64,000 bases of DNA from Chthoniobacterales bacterium (GTDB lineage: Bacteria; Verrucomicrobiota; Verrucomicrobiia; Chthoniobacterales; Chthoniobacteraceae), in assembly GCA_038207335.1 (NCBI GenBank), contig JBBQZX010000009.1, forward strand, positions 103,174 through 167,173, written 5' to 3'. Made by a program: the position numbers and the translations under genes. Numbering within the stretch: the first letter of the stretch is position 1; each line of letters opens with the position of its first letter. Of this stretch, positions 21,233 to 30,326 are shown one piece after another. Below the pieces are notes generated by a model. It saw only the letters and a program-made list of their open reading frames with translations, was not told the DNA's origin and searched no databases.

Positions 21233-24200
21233 GTGAATTCAAACGATAACAACCCCACTGATTCCTCGAAGCCGGTCCAGCCAAGTTTCGCCGAAGGCCA
21301 GAAACTTGCAGGCTGCTATGTCCTCCGTCGGCGAGTCGATGCCGGTGGCGGCGTCGATATCTGGCTGGCGCATGATCAGGTGCTCGGCAAAGATGTCTCT
21401 CTCCACTTCATTCCGCAGGAGATCCGCGCGGTTCCGGCGACGATGGATGCCGTGCGGCAGGAGGTGAAGCGGAACCGGCAGCTCATTCATCCAAATATCC
21501 TGCGAGTCTATGATTTTGTGGAAGAGGCGGACTGGTCTGCCATTTCGATGGATTGGTTCGAGGGGGAATCGCTCGCGTCGGTACTGGCTCGCAGGCCCGC
21601 GGGTTTTTTTGAGCCTGTGGACATCAAGGCGTGGACTGCCCAGCTTTGTGCGACGCTCGACGATGCTCACAAAGTACAACTCGTGCATCGCGACATTTCG
21701 CTGACGAATATCTTTGTGGAGAAGAGTGGGAAAATTCTCGTCGCCAATTTTGGGATCAGCCGTCTTTTGCAAGATGCGCTTGGCCGCCTGCGCGGACCGG
21801 AGGAAGCCGCCGCAGGAATGGCGTTCATGAGCCCGCAACAGCTCGATGGCGAGCGTGCGAGCAGCAGCGACGACGTATATTCGTTCGGCGCGCTCGTGCA
21901 GACTTTGCTGGTCGGCGAGCCGCCGTTTACTGTTCGCGATATCGTCGCAAAAATCCGCCGGACCGTGCCGCTATCGATATCTGAGCGGCGTGCGCAACTC
22001 AAGAAGTCTGGAGCCGTGATTCCGGCCTCTTGGGAAAAAACAACCGCGGCTTGCCTCGAGAAAAGTCCTGAGCAACGACCGGCGGGCATGGCGGAAGTGG
22101 CGTCGCGCCTGATGATCGAAAAACCAGCAGGCGCGCTCGAGTCGGCGCCACCGGTGGTGGCTGTCACGGAATCCGTGCCCGCCAACGAGGCTGTGGCCGC
22201 TGTGCCTGCGATTGGGCTTGGAGCAGCGAAATCCGGACTTCGACCGGTGGATGTTCTGCGCGCAAAAGCGAAAGCCGCCGAAGAGGCGGAAGCCGCGGGT
22301 CCGGTAATAGTGCCACCTTTCGTAAAGCCGGCTGAACCCGCCATCAACAAGTCTGCCAAACCCTTGGCCGAGAAGCCGCCCACGCCGCCCAAATCCGAGC
22401 AGGACGCAATCCCCGAACACTTCCCGAGTTTTACGCCCCGCCGTTCGGGCTTCCCGCTCACCGGAGTCGCCGCTGGCATTATCCTCGTGGGAGTTACCGG
22501 ATATTTGGCATTTTTCTATCCGGGCGAAAAAAACAACGGGTCGGCGTCCGATCCCGGTGGAGTCGAGCGCGAGGGTGCGAGTGACCTCGCGCCGGTGGCC
22601 AATGTCTTGGAAGGTGCGCCGGTTTCCGATGAAGCTCTTCCGGATAAGTCTGACAGCGATCCGCTTCCGACGCCGGATGCCGTGAATGCGCCTCTGCAGG
22701 TCGTGCAAATCACTCCCGCTCCGACTCCCGCAAATGTGGACAAGGGGACTACGGACGTGAGTGCCGCGACCGCTGCGCTGGAAAAGGCGAAGCACGAAGC
22801 GGAAGCCGCGGAGAAGCAGCAGGCCGAGATGTTGAAGCAGCAAAAGCAGGCCGAAGCGGCCGCTGCCGATGCGAAAAAGCAGCTCGAAGAGAAGACCAAG
22901 ACGGCTGTGCCTGTTCAAAAAGCAGCCGCGGATGTCGCCACGCTTTTGCAGAAACGGGACGAAGAAATGCGCAGCGCGCAAGCCGCAGCGGACGAGGCGC
23001 AGAAAGCGGCGGCGGAGAAAGCCAAGCTCGCGGAAGATGCGAAAAAGGCATACGATACCGTCGCTGCCGACGGTCGCGAGAAGCTCGCGATGCAGCAAAA
23101 ATCCGATACGGAGTTAAAAGCGTTGGGAAAAGCCATCGAGGATAAGCAGCGCGTTGCGACGGAGATGGAGAAATCCATTGCGGACGCAGCGGAGAAGCTC
23201 GAAGAGCAAAAAACCGCAATCAAGCGAAGCGAACAGGATCTTGCCGAAGCTAAGATGGCTGCGCAGAAAGTGGCCGAGGAAATGGCCGCGAAAAAAGCAG
23301 CCGAGGAAGCTGCGCGGATGGCAATGGAAAAACGTCACGCAGTTGAAACGGAGATTGAAGAAACCAAGCGCCTCTTCGCCGAGAAAATGAAGGCACTCGA
23401 GGACATGCTCAACAAAGGCTCCTCCACGCCACCGGCGCCCGAGCCCTCCGGCAAACCGGATGCGCCTGCGGCCAAGCCCGGTGCCAACGCAAAGCCCGCA
23501 GCAGATGTGAAGCCTGTGGCGGCCACTGCGCCCCCCGCCGAAACGCTGCTAGCGATGAAGACGGAGGCGGCCAAACCCGGTGGCACACAAAAAACTGCTG
23601 TCGTTCCCGGAGGAGTCGAAAACAGCTTGGGGATGAAATTTGTCCCAGTCGGTGACGTGATGTTTTCGGTGTTTCAAACCCGCGTGAAGGAGTTTGAGAC
23701 TTTCGCGAAGGAGACCGGGCTCAAATCGACTCTCTGGAAAGATCCCGGCTTCAAGCAGGGGCCCGATCATCCGGTCGTGAACGTGACATGGCAGGAGGCG
23801 ATGACTTTTTGCAAATGGCTGAGTGCGAAGGAGCACAAAGATGGGAAGCTCGGGCAAAACCAAGCCTACCGGCTGCCCACCGACCTCGAATGGAGCAAGG
23901 CTGTCGGTCTCCCCGAAGAAAGCGGAAGAACGCCGGAGGCCCGGGATATGGGGGTGCCGGAGATTTACCCGTGGGGCAGCGCGTGGCCACCGCCTCCCGG
24001 TGCCGGAAACTACACGGGCGAGGAAACCGGCTCCGATGTGGCGATCAAAGGCTACGACGACGGCTACGCGTGGACGTCGCCGGTGGGAAGTTTCCAGCCG
24101 AATAAATACGGACTTTACGACATGGGCGGCAACGTCTGGCAATGGTGCATGGACTCGTGGAACAGCGATCAGAAGGCCAAGGTCCTGCGGGGTGCCTCGT

Positions 24201-24334
24201 GGTACAACGGCGCTCTAAAGCTCAGCCTCCTCTCCTCCTGTCGCGTGCATGCAGCGCCCGATAGCAGTACTGACAACTATGGATTCCGCTGCGTCATCGC
24301 TTCGGGCGATTCAGGCAAAACCCCGAAGAAGTGA
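21233..24334 (+). CDS. Ser/Thr pseudokinase - TM - TolA-like coiled coil - FGE/SUMF1-family domain fusion
   Basis: Hanks kinase fold (HPNILRVYD, HRD, MSPQQ, DVYSFG); TM GVAAGIILVGVTGYLAFF; A/E/K-rich coiled coil; ENSLGMKFVPV…HPVVNVTW…YRLPTDLEW…GLYDMGGNVWQW…YGFRCV. Confidence 0.9.
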   Translation: MNSNDNNPTDSSKPVQPSFAEGQKLAGCYVLRRRVDAGGGVDIWLAHDQVLGKDVSLHFIPQEIRAVPATMDAVRQEVKRNRQLIHPNILRVYDFVEEADWSAISMDWFEGESLASVLARRPAGFFEPVDIKAWTAQLCATLDDAHKVQLVHRDISLTNIFVEKSGKILVANFGISRLLQDALGRLRGPEEAAAGMAFMSPQQLDGERASSSDDVYSFGALVQTLLVGEPPFTVRDIVAKIRRTVPLSISERRAQLKKSGAVIPASWEKTTAACLEKSPEQRPAGMAEVASRLMIEKPAGALESAPPVVAVTESVPANEAVAAVPAIGLGAAKSGLRPVDVLRAKAKAAEEAEAAGPVIVPPFVKPAEPAINKSAKPLAEKPPTPPKSEQDAIPEHFPSFTPRRSGFPLTGVAAGIILVGVTGYLAFFYPGEKNNGSASDPGGVEREGASDLAPVANVLEGAPVSDEALPDKSDSDPLPTPDAVNAPLQVVQITPAPTPANVDKGTTDVSAATAALEKAKHEAEAAEKQQAEMLKQQKQAEAAAADAKKQLEEKTKTAVPVQKAAADVATLLQKRDEEMRSAQAAADEAQKAAAEKAKLAEDAKKAYDTVAADGREKLAMQQKSDTELKALGKAIEDKQRVATEMEKSIADAAEKLEEQKTAIKRSEQDLAEAKMAAQKVAEEMAAKKAAEEAARMAMEKRHAVETEIEETKRLFAEKMKALEDMLNKGSSTPPAPEPSGKPDAPAAKPGANAKPAADVKPVAATAPPAETLLAMKTEAAKPGGTQKTAVVPGGVENSLGMKFVPVGDVMFSVFQTRVKEFETFAKETGLKSTLWKDPGFKQGPDHPVVNVTWQEAMTFCKWLSAKEHKDGKLGQNQAYRLPTDLEWSKAVGLPEESGRTPEARDMGVPEIYPWGSAWPPPPGAGNYTGEETGSDVAIKGYDDGYAWTSPVGSFQPNKYGLYDMGGNVWQWCMDSWNSDQKAKVLRGASWYNGALKLSLLSSCRVHAAPDSSTDNYGFRCVIASGDSGKTPKK

Positions 24335-24410
24335 TCATGCTCCTGAAAGATCGCATTTTTTCGATTGCATTTGACCGCGACCTCGCAGACCTGACCCAAC
24401 TCTACACTTT

Positions 24411-25832
24411 ATGAAACAACTATTCGGACGCGCTGTTTTAGTCGCCGGGATCGCGGCGCTCCTTTGTTCGGAAAATTCCGCCAGTGCGCAGGATTTCTTC
24501 CGGGATTTCGGAACGTCCCGCTCTTCCGGCGGCATGGGTCCGGTCGCGCCCTCGGAATACACTTATGAGAATGTCGCACCCAGCGGCTATGCGGGATTTG
24601 CCGACGGCGGTGGACTTGCTCAGCAATCCCCACTCTATAACAGCGGCCTCGGTGAGCAGACGCCGGAAGAGAAGTATAATTTTGCGATTGGGCCAATTCG
24701 CTTCAGCATGGCCGCGGGAATCGGCGTTGAATTTAACGACAACATCGACCTTTCCCAGAACGATCGGCAGTCGGATTTCATCCTCCGCCCGAGCCTGAGC
24801 ATCGATGCAGCGTGGCACATCACCGAGCGTAATACGATCCACCTTACTATCGGTGCGAGCTACGCGAAATACCTCGACCATTCCGAGTACGATACCGACG
24901 GCGTGCTGCTTTCGCCGACCTCGGAACTCGCATTCAAATTTGTCGTCGGAGCAATCGATTTCACGGTCCGAGATCGGTTCAGCTATCAGGAGGACACGTT
25001 CGATACCCCGCAGATCAGCGGAATCGCGCGGTACGACAGGTATGAAAATCAGGCCGGGATCAAGGCCGATCTCGCGGTCAACGAGTATTTCTCGATCACT
25101 GCCGGCTACGACCACTTCAACTTGTGGACGACCCAGGATGAATTCTCGGATCAAGATCGCTCGATCGACACGTTTTTTGTCACGCCGACCTACCAACTCA
25201 CGCCCTCCATTAAGGTCGGTCTGAATGTCGCTTGGAGCATTATCGACTTCGACAGCAGTTCGCGGGCGGATGGCAACAATTTACTCATCGGGCCGCTCAT
25301 CCAATGGAACATTTCGGACGTCACGCATCTTTTCCTTGAGGCAGGTTATCAGCGGTTGAAATTCGACGGGCAGTCGAGCTATGACGACACGTTTTTCCGG
25401 GACCTCAGCAGTGAAGAGCGCGCGCTCTTTACGGTCGTGGATGATCAAGAGGACTCGAACAATTTCTACGTGAAACTGCAGATCGAAAATCATCCGACCG
25501 AAACTTTCACGCACCGGCTCTCCGCTTCGAAGACCGCCGAGATCGGTTTTGAAACGAACTACTACGATCTCTACCACATCGAGTACAGTGCAGACTGGAC
25601 TGGGATTGATAAAATGCAGATCGGGCCGACGCTCTTCTACGAGTACTATGACACGTCGGGAGCCTTCCCTGAGCAAGCCTGGCGCGTCGGTGCGGCAATT
25701 GGAATTCGCCGAACTTTTTCCGATTCAATCACCGTTGGGCTCGATTATCGCTTTATCCTCAAAAACTCAAATCTGGACGGAGCCGACTACTACCAAAATC
25801 TCGTCTTCCTCAGCGCCTACTATAAGTTTTAA
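24411..25832 (+). CDS. Outer-membrane beta-barrel, EPS export-associated
   Basis: Signal peptide, EFNDNI motif, aromatic-rich alternating strands, terminal YYKF, directly upstream of Wza/Wzc. Confidence 0.75.
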   Translation: MKQLFGRAVLVAGIAALLCSENSASAQDFFRDFGTSRSSGGMGPVAPSEYTYENVAPSGYAGFADGGGLAQQSPLYNSGLGEQTPEEKYNFAIGPIRFSMAAGIGVEFNDNIDLSQNDRQSDFILRPSLSIDAAWHITERNTIHLTIGASYAKYLDHSEYDTDGVLLSPTSELAFKFVVGAIDFTVRDRFSYQEDTFDTPQISGIARYDRYENQAGIKADLAVNEYFSITAGYDHFNLWTTQDEFSDQDRSIDTFFVTPTYQLTPSIKVGLNVAWSIIDFDSSSRADGNNLLIGPLIQWNISDVTHLFLEAGYQRLKFDGQSSYDDTFFRDLSSEERALFTVVDDQEDSNNFYVKLQIENHPTETFTHRLSASKTAEIGFETNYYDLYHIEYSADWTGIDKMQIGPTLFYEYYDTSGAFPEQAWRVGAAIGIRRTFSDSITVGLDYRFILKNSNLDGADYYQNLVFLSAYYKF

Positions 25833-25849
25833 CCCGCATCTCATGCCTC

Positions 25850-26575
25850 ATGCCTGATTCTCTCATCCGACTCCTCACCATCGGAGTTGCGCTCTTCGCA
25901 ACTGGAATCTCAGGACATGCACAGTCCTCGTTTCGGCGCGTCGATTCCGCCTTTCCGACCAGTCCGCCGGCCGCAACCGCTGCTCCGATGAATGTGGCGC
26001 CGGGAATTCCCGTTTCATCCGGCATCAATCGGACGACCCTCGTAGATCCCAATAAGAAACTCGCCGCCGGAGATCAGGTTTCAATCGAGATTCTCGAAGA
26101 TCGCGAGCCGGCCACCCCGCGGATCATTACAGCGACCGGGGACATCGATGTGCAGCCGCTCGGCCGCGTGAGCGTCGTTGGCAAGACGACCAACGAAGCG
26201 GCTTCCGAGATCAAGCGCAAGCTGGAAGCCGACTACTACTACACCGCGACTGTGCGGCTTTCGATCGATCGCGTGAATCAAAGCGCCACGATGGGAAAGG
26301 TGCAGGTGCAGGGCGAAGTGCGTGTGCCGGGAGTGCTCGAGATTTTCGCCGGTGATAACCTCACGCTGAATGAAGCGATTCTCCGTTGCGGAAACTTTAA
26401 GGACTTCGCGGATGCGAAGAAAGTGAAACTCACCCGGAGGCATGGCACCGAATCGAAGACCTACAGCGTCAACGTGCAGGACATCCAGAAAAAAGGCCTA
26501 GGCGAAAATGACATGAAGCTTGAGGACGGCGACCGGATCTTCGTTCCGAAGGCATCTTTCCGCATTCTTTACTAA
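25850..26575 (+). CDS. Polysaccharide export protein (Poly_export + SLBB; short Wza/OPX)
   Basis: LAAGDQVSIEI…GDIDVQPLGRVSVVGKT…VQGEVRVPG…LEDGDRIFVP. Confidence 0.85.
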   Translation: MPDSLIRLLTIGVALFATGISGHAQSSFRRVDSAFPTSPPAATAAPMNVAPGIPVSSGINRTTLVDPNKKLAAGDQVSIEILEDREPATPRIITATGDIDVQPLGRVSVVGKTTNEAASEIKRKLEADYYYTATVRLSIDRVNQSATMGKVQVQGEVRVPGVLEIFAGDNLTLNEAILRCGNFKDFADAKKVKLTRRHGTESKTYSVNVQDIQKKGLGENDMKLEDGDRIFVPKASFRILY

Positions 26576-26578
26576 GCA

Positions 26579-28651
26579 ATGGACTCCATCAATCCGCAGG
26601 CACCGCCGCGTGCATTGGGCGCAATTTTTGGCGCGAAATTCTACCGCTATCGCGGTCTTCTCCGCCGACAATGGTGGATCCTCGCCATCGCGGTGGGCAT
26701 CGGCCTTACGTATGAAGGCTGGACGATTTTCAAGAAGTCCGACTTGTTTGAGTCTTCGAGCGAAATCATGGTTCGCTCGGAGGTCACCGGTGTCGATCCG
26801 AAGGTCCGCGAAACCGTTGATAGCCTTTACGGGGACACGCTGAAAATCCTCCAGAGCCCCGGCATGATCGAGGCGGCGAAACGCAACGTCGAACTCAAAG
26901 CGCCTTCGCTTTCAGGCACTGTTCAAATCACGCCGAGCGTCGCGCCCCGGACATCGATTTTTACAGTCAGCGGGCAGGGGACGAATCCCGAATATACGCA
27001 GCGATTTGTCGATGCGCTGGTGGATGAATTCATGTCCTTCCGCAAATCGCAGGTAAAGGTGGACCTCATCAACACGAGTGGCGAAATCGGTGGACAACTT
27101 GAAGTGGTGCGCAAATCGCTCGCATTGCAGCAGGCTGCGTTGAAAGACTTCGTGCAGGCGAATGACATGCAGTTTTGGCAATCGCGCGGATCGAAGGCGG
27201 CTGAGACTTTGAACGAACTGCGCAATCGCGAAACCGAGAAGAAAACCGAACTCCAGAACCTGCAAAATCTAACGCCCGAAGAACTCCTGAGCACACCCCG
27301 GCTCGCTGCGGTCGTCAGCAAGCCGGATGCGCGTTCGGCGGCGGGCGAGCAAAAGGAGGCGGTCTTCAACAACGAGCTCTACTCTCAGTATCTCCAGACG
27401 ACTCAGGCGCTCTTTCAGAAGCAGGCGGAACTCGACGAGCGGAGCACCGTCTGGAAGCCGAAGCATCCCCGGTTGCAGGCGCTCCAAGCCGAAGTGAGCG
27501 CGATCCAGCGGAGGATTGATCTGATCAAGGCCCAGAATATCGAAGCGACAAAATCGCGAGCGGCTGCGGTAGGCGCGGAACTCAAGAGCATCGGCAACAT
27601 GATCGCGACGTGGACGAAGGAAACGCAGGAGGCCAGCGTCAAGGACGGCGAATATCAGCAACTCCAAGCGGCAGTCACGCGCTCTCAGGCGCAGGAAGAC
27701 AAACTTTTGGAGAAACTCACGCAGGTCGATCCTAGCTTTGGTGGCAATGGCATCTTCAAGATTTTGCGTAAGGCGAGCAGTCCGGCTCCCGTGTCGAAAG
27801 GCATCGGCAAACATCTCACACTTGGCTTGATCGCTGGCTTGATGGTGGGATGCCTCGTGCTCTTTCTACTCGATCGGAGCGACGACCGGCTTTCTAGCTC
27901 GTCGGAAGTCATCCAGCATTTCTCCGAGCCGATTCTCGGCCAGATTCCGAATGTCGCCGATTCGCGGAAAGAAACCGGCCTCCCGCTGCTACAGTTGGAA
28001 GATGAGCGCTACTCGTTTTCCGAGTCGTTCCGCAGTCTGCGCTCGTCGCTGATATTCATGCCAAATCAAGCGGAGTTGAAGACGCTGCTCGTCACCAGCG
28101 CGATCCCGAACGAAGGCAAATCGACAGTTGCGAGTAACATGGCGATCACGATGGCGGCAGGTGGCGCGCGGGTGCTGCTCGTGGATGCGGACCTGCGGCG
28201 CGGTGACCTCGCGGCGCTCTTCGACACCGATGGCCGCAACGGTCTTTCGAGTATTTTGCGAGGCGAGATGCCTTGGAAGTCCTCGGTGCAATCCACGAAC
28301 TATCCGACCCTGTCGCTGATCCCGCGCGGTCCGGTCACGAATCAGTCCGGCGAGCTTTTGCTACGGCCCGAGATGCAGAAAATTCTCGGAGAAATGAAAG
28401 ACGCCTACGACTTGGTCATCTTCAACACCGCACCCATCCTCGCGACCGACGATACGCCGACCTTCGCTCCGCATTTCGATGGTGCGTTGATGGTAGTCCG
28501 CGCGGCGTTCACATCCGCGCGCCTCACGCAGAATTCTCTCAACGCGCTCTACCAGCGGCAGGTCAACGTCCTCGGACTCATCCTGAACTGCATCGATACC
28601 GAGACGCCGGACTACTACTACTACCGGTATCCGAAGTATTACGCTGCGTGA
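26579..28651 (+). CDS. Polysaccharide co-polymerase / BY-kinase (Wzc-like)
   Basis: Two TMs flanking a coiled coil; Walker A SAIPNEGKST, A' LLVDADLR, degenerate Walker B VIFNTAP, C-terminal Tyr cluster DYYYYRYPKYY. Confidence 0.9.
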   Translation: MDSINPQAPPRALGAIFGAKFYRYRGLLRRQWWILAIAVGIGLTYEGWTIFKKSDLFESSSEIMVRSEVTGVDPKVRETVDSLYGDTLKILQSPGMIEAAKRNVELKAPSLSGTVQITPSVAPRTSIFTVSGQGTNPEYTQRFVDALVDEFMSFRKSQVKVDLINTSGEIGGQLEVVRKSLALQQAALKDFVQANDMQFWQSRGSKAAETLNELRNRETEKKTELQNLQNLTPEELLSTPRLAAVVSKPDARSAAGEQKEAVFNNELYSQYLQTTQALFQKQAELDERSTVWKPKHPRLQALQAEVSAIQRRIDLIKAQNIEATKSRAAAVGAELKSIGNMIATWTKETQEASVKDGEYQQLQAAVTRSQAQEDKLLEKLTQVDPSFGGNGIFKILRKASSPAPVSKGIGKHLTLGLIAGLMVGCLVLFLLDRSDDRLSSSSEVIQHFSEPILGQIPNVADSRKETGLPLLQLEDERYSFSESFRSLRSSLIFMPNQAELKTLLVTSAIPNEGKSTVASNMAITMAAGGARVLLVDADLRRGDLAALFDTDGRNGLSSILRGEMPWKSSVQSTNYPTLSLIPRGPVTNQSGELLLRPEMQKILGEMKDAYDLVIFNTAPILATDDTPTFAPHFDGALMVVRAAFTSARLTQNSLNALYQRQVNVLGLILNCIDTETPDYYYYRYPKYYAA

Positions 28652-28811
28652 GCGGTCGGATTTTTCTCCCGCAACGACGCGAGCCCCGGTTCAGTGCCCC
28701 ATCGCGGCAGGGCCTTTGGTTTTGCGAAGCAGAAATGTGATCGGAACGCGCGGATTCCTTTAACATCGACCTGCATTCGCGACGCGCCCGGCTTGTCTAT
28801 CCACGCGAATT

Positions 28812-29510
28812 TCACCCCTGCTCCTGCCCCACCCAGTCGATCGCAAACCGCACCATTTCCTCAGCATCCTTGAATCCCAGCTTCTCCTTGATGTGGGCGC
28901 GGTGGGTCTCGATCGTCTTCACGCTGAGGTGCAGATTTTCCGCGATCACGCGAGTGCCAAAGCCTTTGCCGAGGAGATTGAGCACCTCCAATTCGCGATC
29001 CGAGAGCTGGTCCACCGGCGAACCCATCCCGCCATCGAGCGATTGGATCGCCTTGAAAACCAGCTTTTCGCTGAAGCGCGGGCTCACATACACGTCGCCC
29101 GCCAGCACCTTTCGCACAGCCGCCAGCACCTGCGCCGCCGGCTGGGATTTCATTACGTAGCCTTTGGCACCAGCCCGCAGCGCGCGCAGTGCATAGAAGG
29201 TCTCATCGTGCATCGAGAGGATGAGGATCGGGAGCCGCGGAAGTTCCGCTTTCATCAGCTTCACGAGCTCGATTCCATTCGTGCCGTTCAGCGAAATATC
29301 GAGGATCGCGAGGGTTGGCTTCAGCGTGCGCATTGCCTCCAGGGCGGCGGGAGCGCTTTCAGCGGTGCCGCAGACCTGCATGTCTTTTTCGGTTGAAAGA
29401 AGTCCCACGATGCCTTGGCGAAAGACCGGATGGTCATCGACGATCAGAATGCGCTCCTGTTTCCCGCGCCTGGATGTCGTTTTTGTGGGTTCGGCGGTTT
29501 GTGTCGTCAT
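28812..29510 (-). CDS. NarL/LuxR-family response regulator
   Basis: ILIVDDHPVFR, ILDISL phospho-Asp, LSDRELEVL…LSVKTIETHRAHIKEKL HTH. Confidence 0.95.
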   Translation of the reverse strand: MTTQTAEPTKTTSRRGKQERILIVDDHPVFRQGIVGLLSTEKDMQVCGTAESAPAALEAMRTLKPTLAILDISLNGTNGIELVKLMKAELPRLPILILSMHDETFYALRALRAGAKGYVMKSQPAAQVLAAVRKVLAGDVYVSPRFSEKLVFKAIQSLDGGMGSPVDQLSDRELEVLNLLGKGFGTRVIAENLHLSVKTIETHRAHIKEKLGFKDAEEMVRFAIDWVGQEQG

Positions 29511-29627
29511 CGGAAATCCTTCGTCAAAGGGGAACTTGGGAGTCTCATACCTATCCGCCGTTAAATCGGATCGGGCCGCGATTTCGCATGGATCAAAACG
29601 CGTTGAGCGGGAAGTTTTTTACCAGCG

Positions 29628-30323
29628 TCACGCGAGATCGAACACCAGCAGATGCGCACCCTCCTTCGCCCGGAGCGAAACCGCATCCACCTCACTCACC
29701 GCAGCCGAATCGCCTGCGTGCAAGATCGCGCCATTCACCTCCAGTTCCCCCTCGATCAATTGCACCCAAGCCGCGCGCCCTTCCGCCAGCGTGTGTTCCA
29801 CTGCATCCCCGGCGCCCAGCTTTGCCACGAAAAGATCGGCGTCCTGATTGATCGCGATCGACCCCTCCCGTCCGTCGCCTGAAGTCACCAGTTGCAGCCG
29901 TCCTTGCTCGATCCCGCCGAACGACTTCTCCGCGTAGCTCGGCGTCACCCCGCGCAGATCCGGCAGCAGCCAGATTTGCAGCAGGTGCACCGGCTCCGTC
30001 GGCGAGTCGTTGAACTCACTGTGCGTGATTCCACTCCCCGCGGTGATCCGTTGCACGTCGCCCGCGCGCATCACCGCCGTATTACCCATCGAATCCCGAT
30101 GCCGGAGCGCCCCGCTCACCACATACGTGATGATCTCCATGTCCCTGTGCGGATGCGTCCCGAAGCCCATCCCCGGCGCCACGCGATCCTCATTGATCAC
30201 CCGCAGCGTGCGGAAGTGCATATGTTTCTCATCGTGATAATCCGCGAAGCTGAACGTGTGAAACGAGTCCAGCCAGCCGTGCTGTGCGTGCCCGCGCTCG
30301 GCGGACTTGCGAATTGTGATCAT
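29628..30323 (-). CDS. Pirin family protein (YhhW-like)
   Basis: HGWLDSFHTFSFADY, GFGTHPHRDMEIITYV, AGSGITHSEFN, LLQIW. Confidence 0.95.
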   Translation of the reverse strand: MITIRKSAERGHAQHGWLDSFHTFSFADYHDEKHMHFRTLRVINEDRVAPGMGFGTHPHRDMEIITYVVSGALRHRDSMGNTAVMRAGDVQRITAGSGITHSEFNDSPTEPVHLLQIWLLPDLRGVTPSYAEKSFGGIEQGRLQLVTSGDGREGSIAINQDADLFVAKLGAGDAVEHTLAEGRAAWVQLIEGELEVNGAILHAGDSAAVSEVDAVSLRAKEGAHLLVFDLA

Positions 30324-30326
30324 GAC

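Noticed and set aside
23620..24334. FGE/C-type-lectin domain as a DGR target
   Set aside because: No reverse transcriptase and no template repeat seen in the window.
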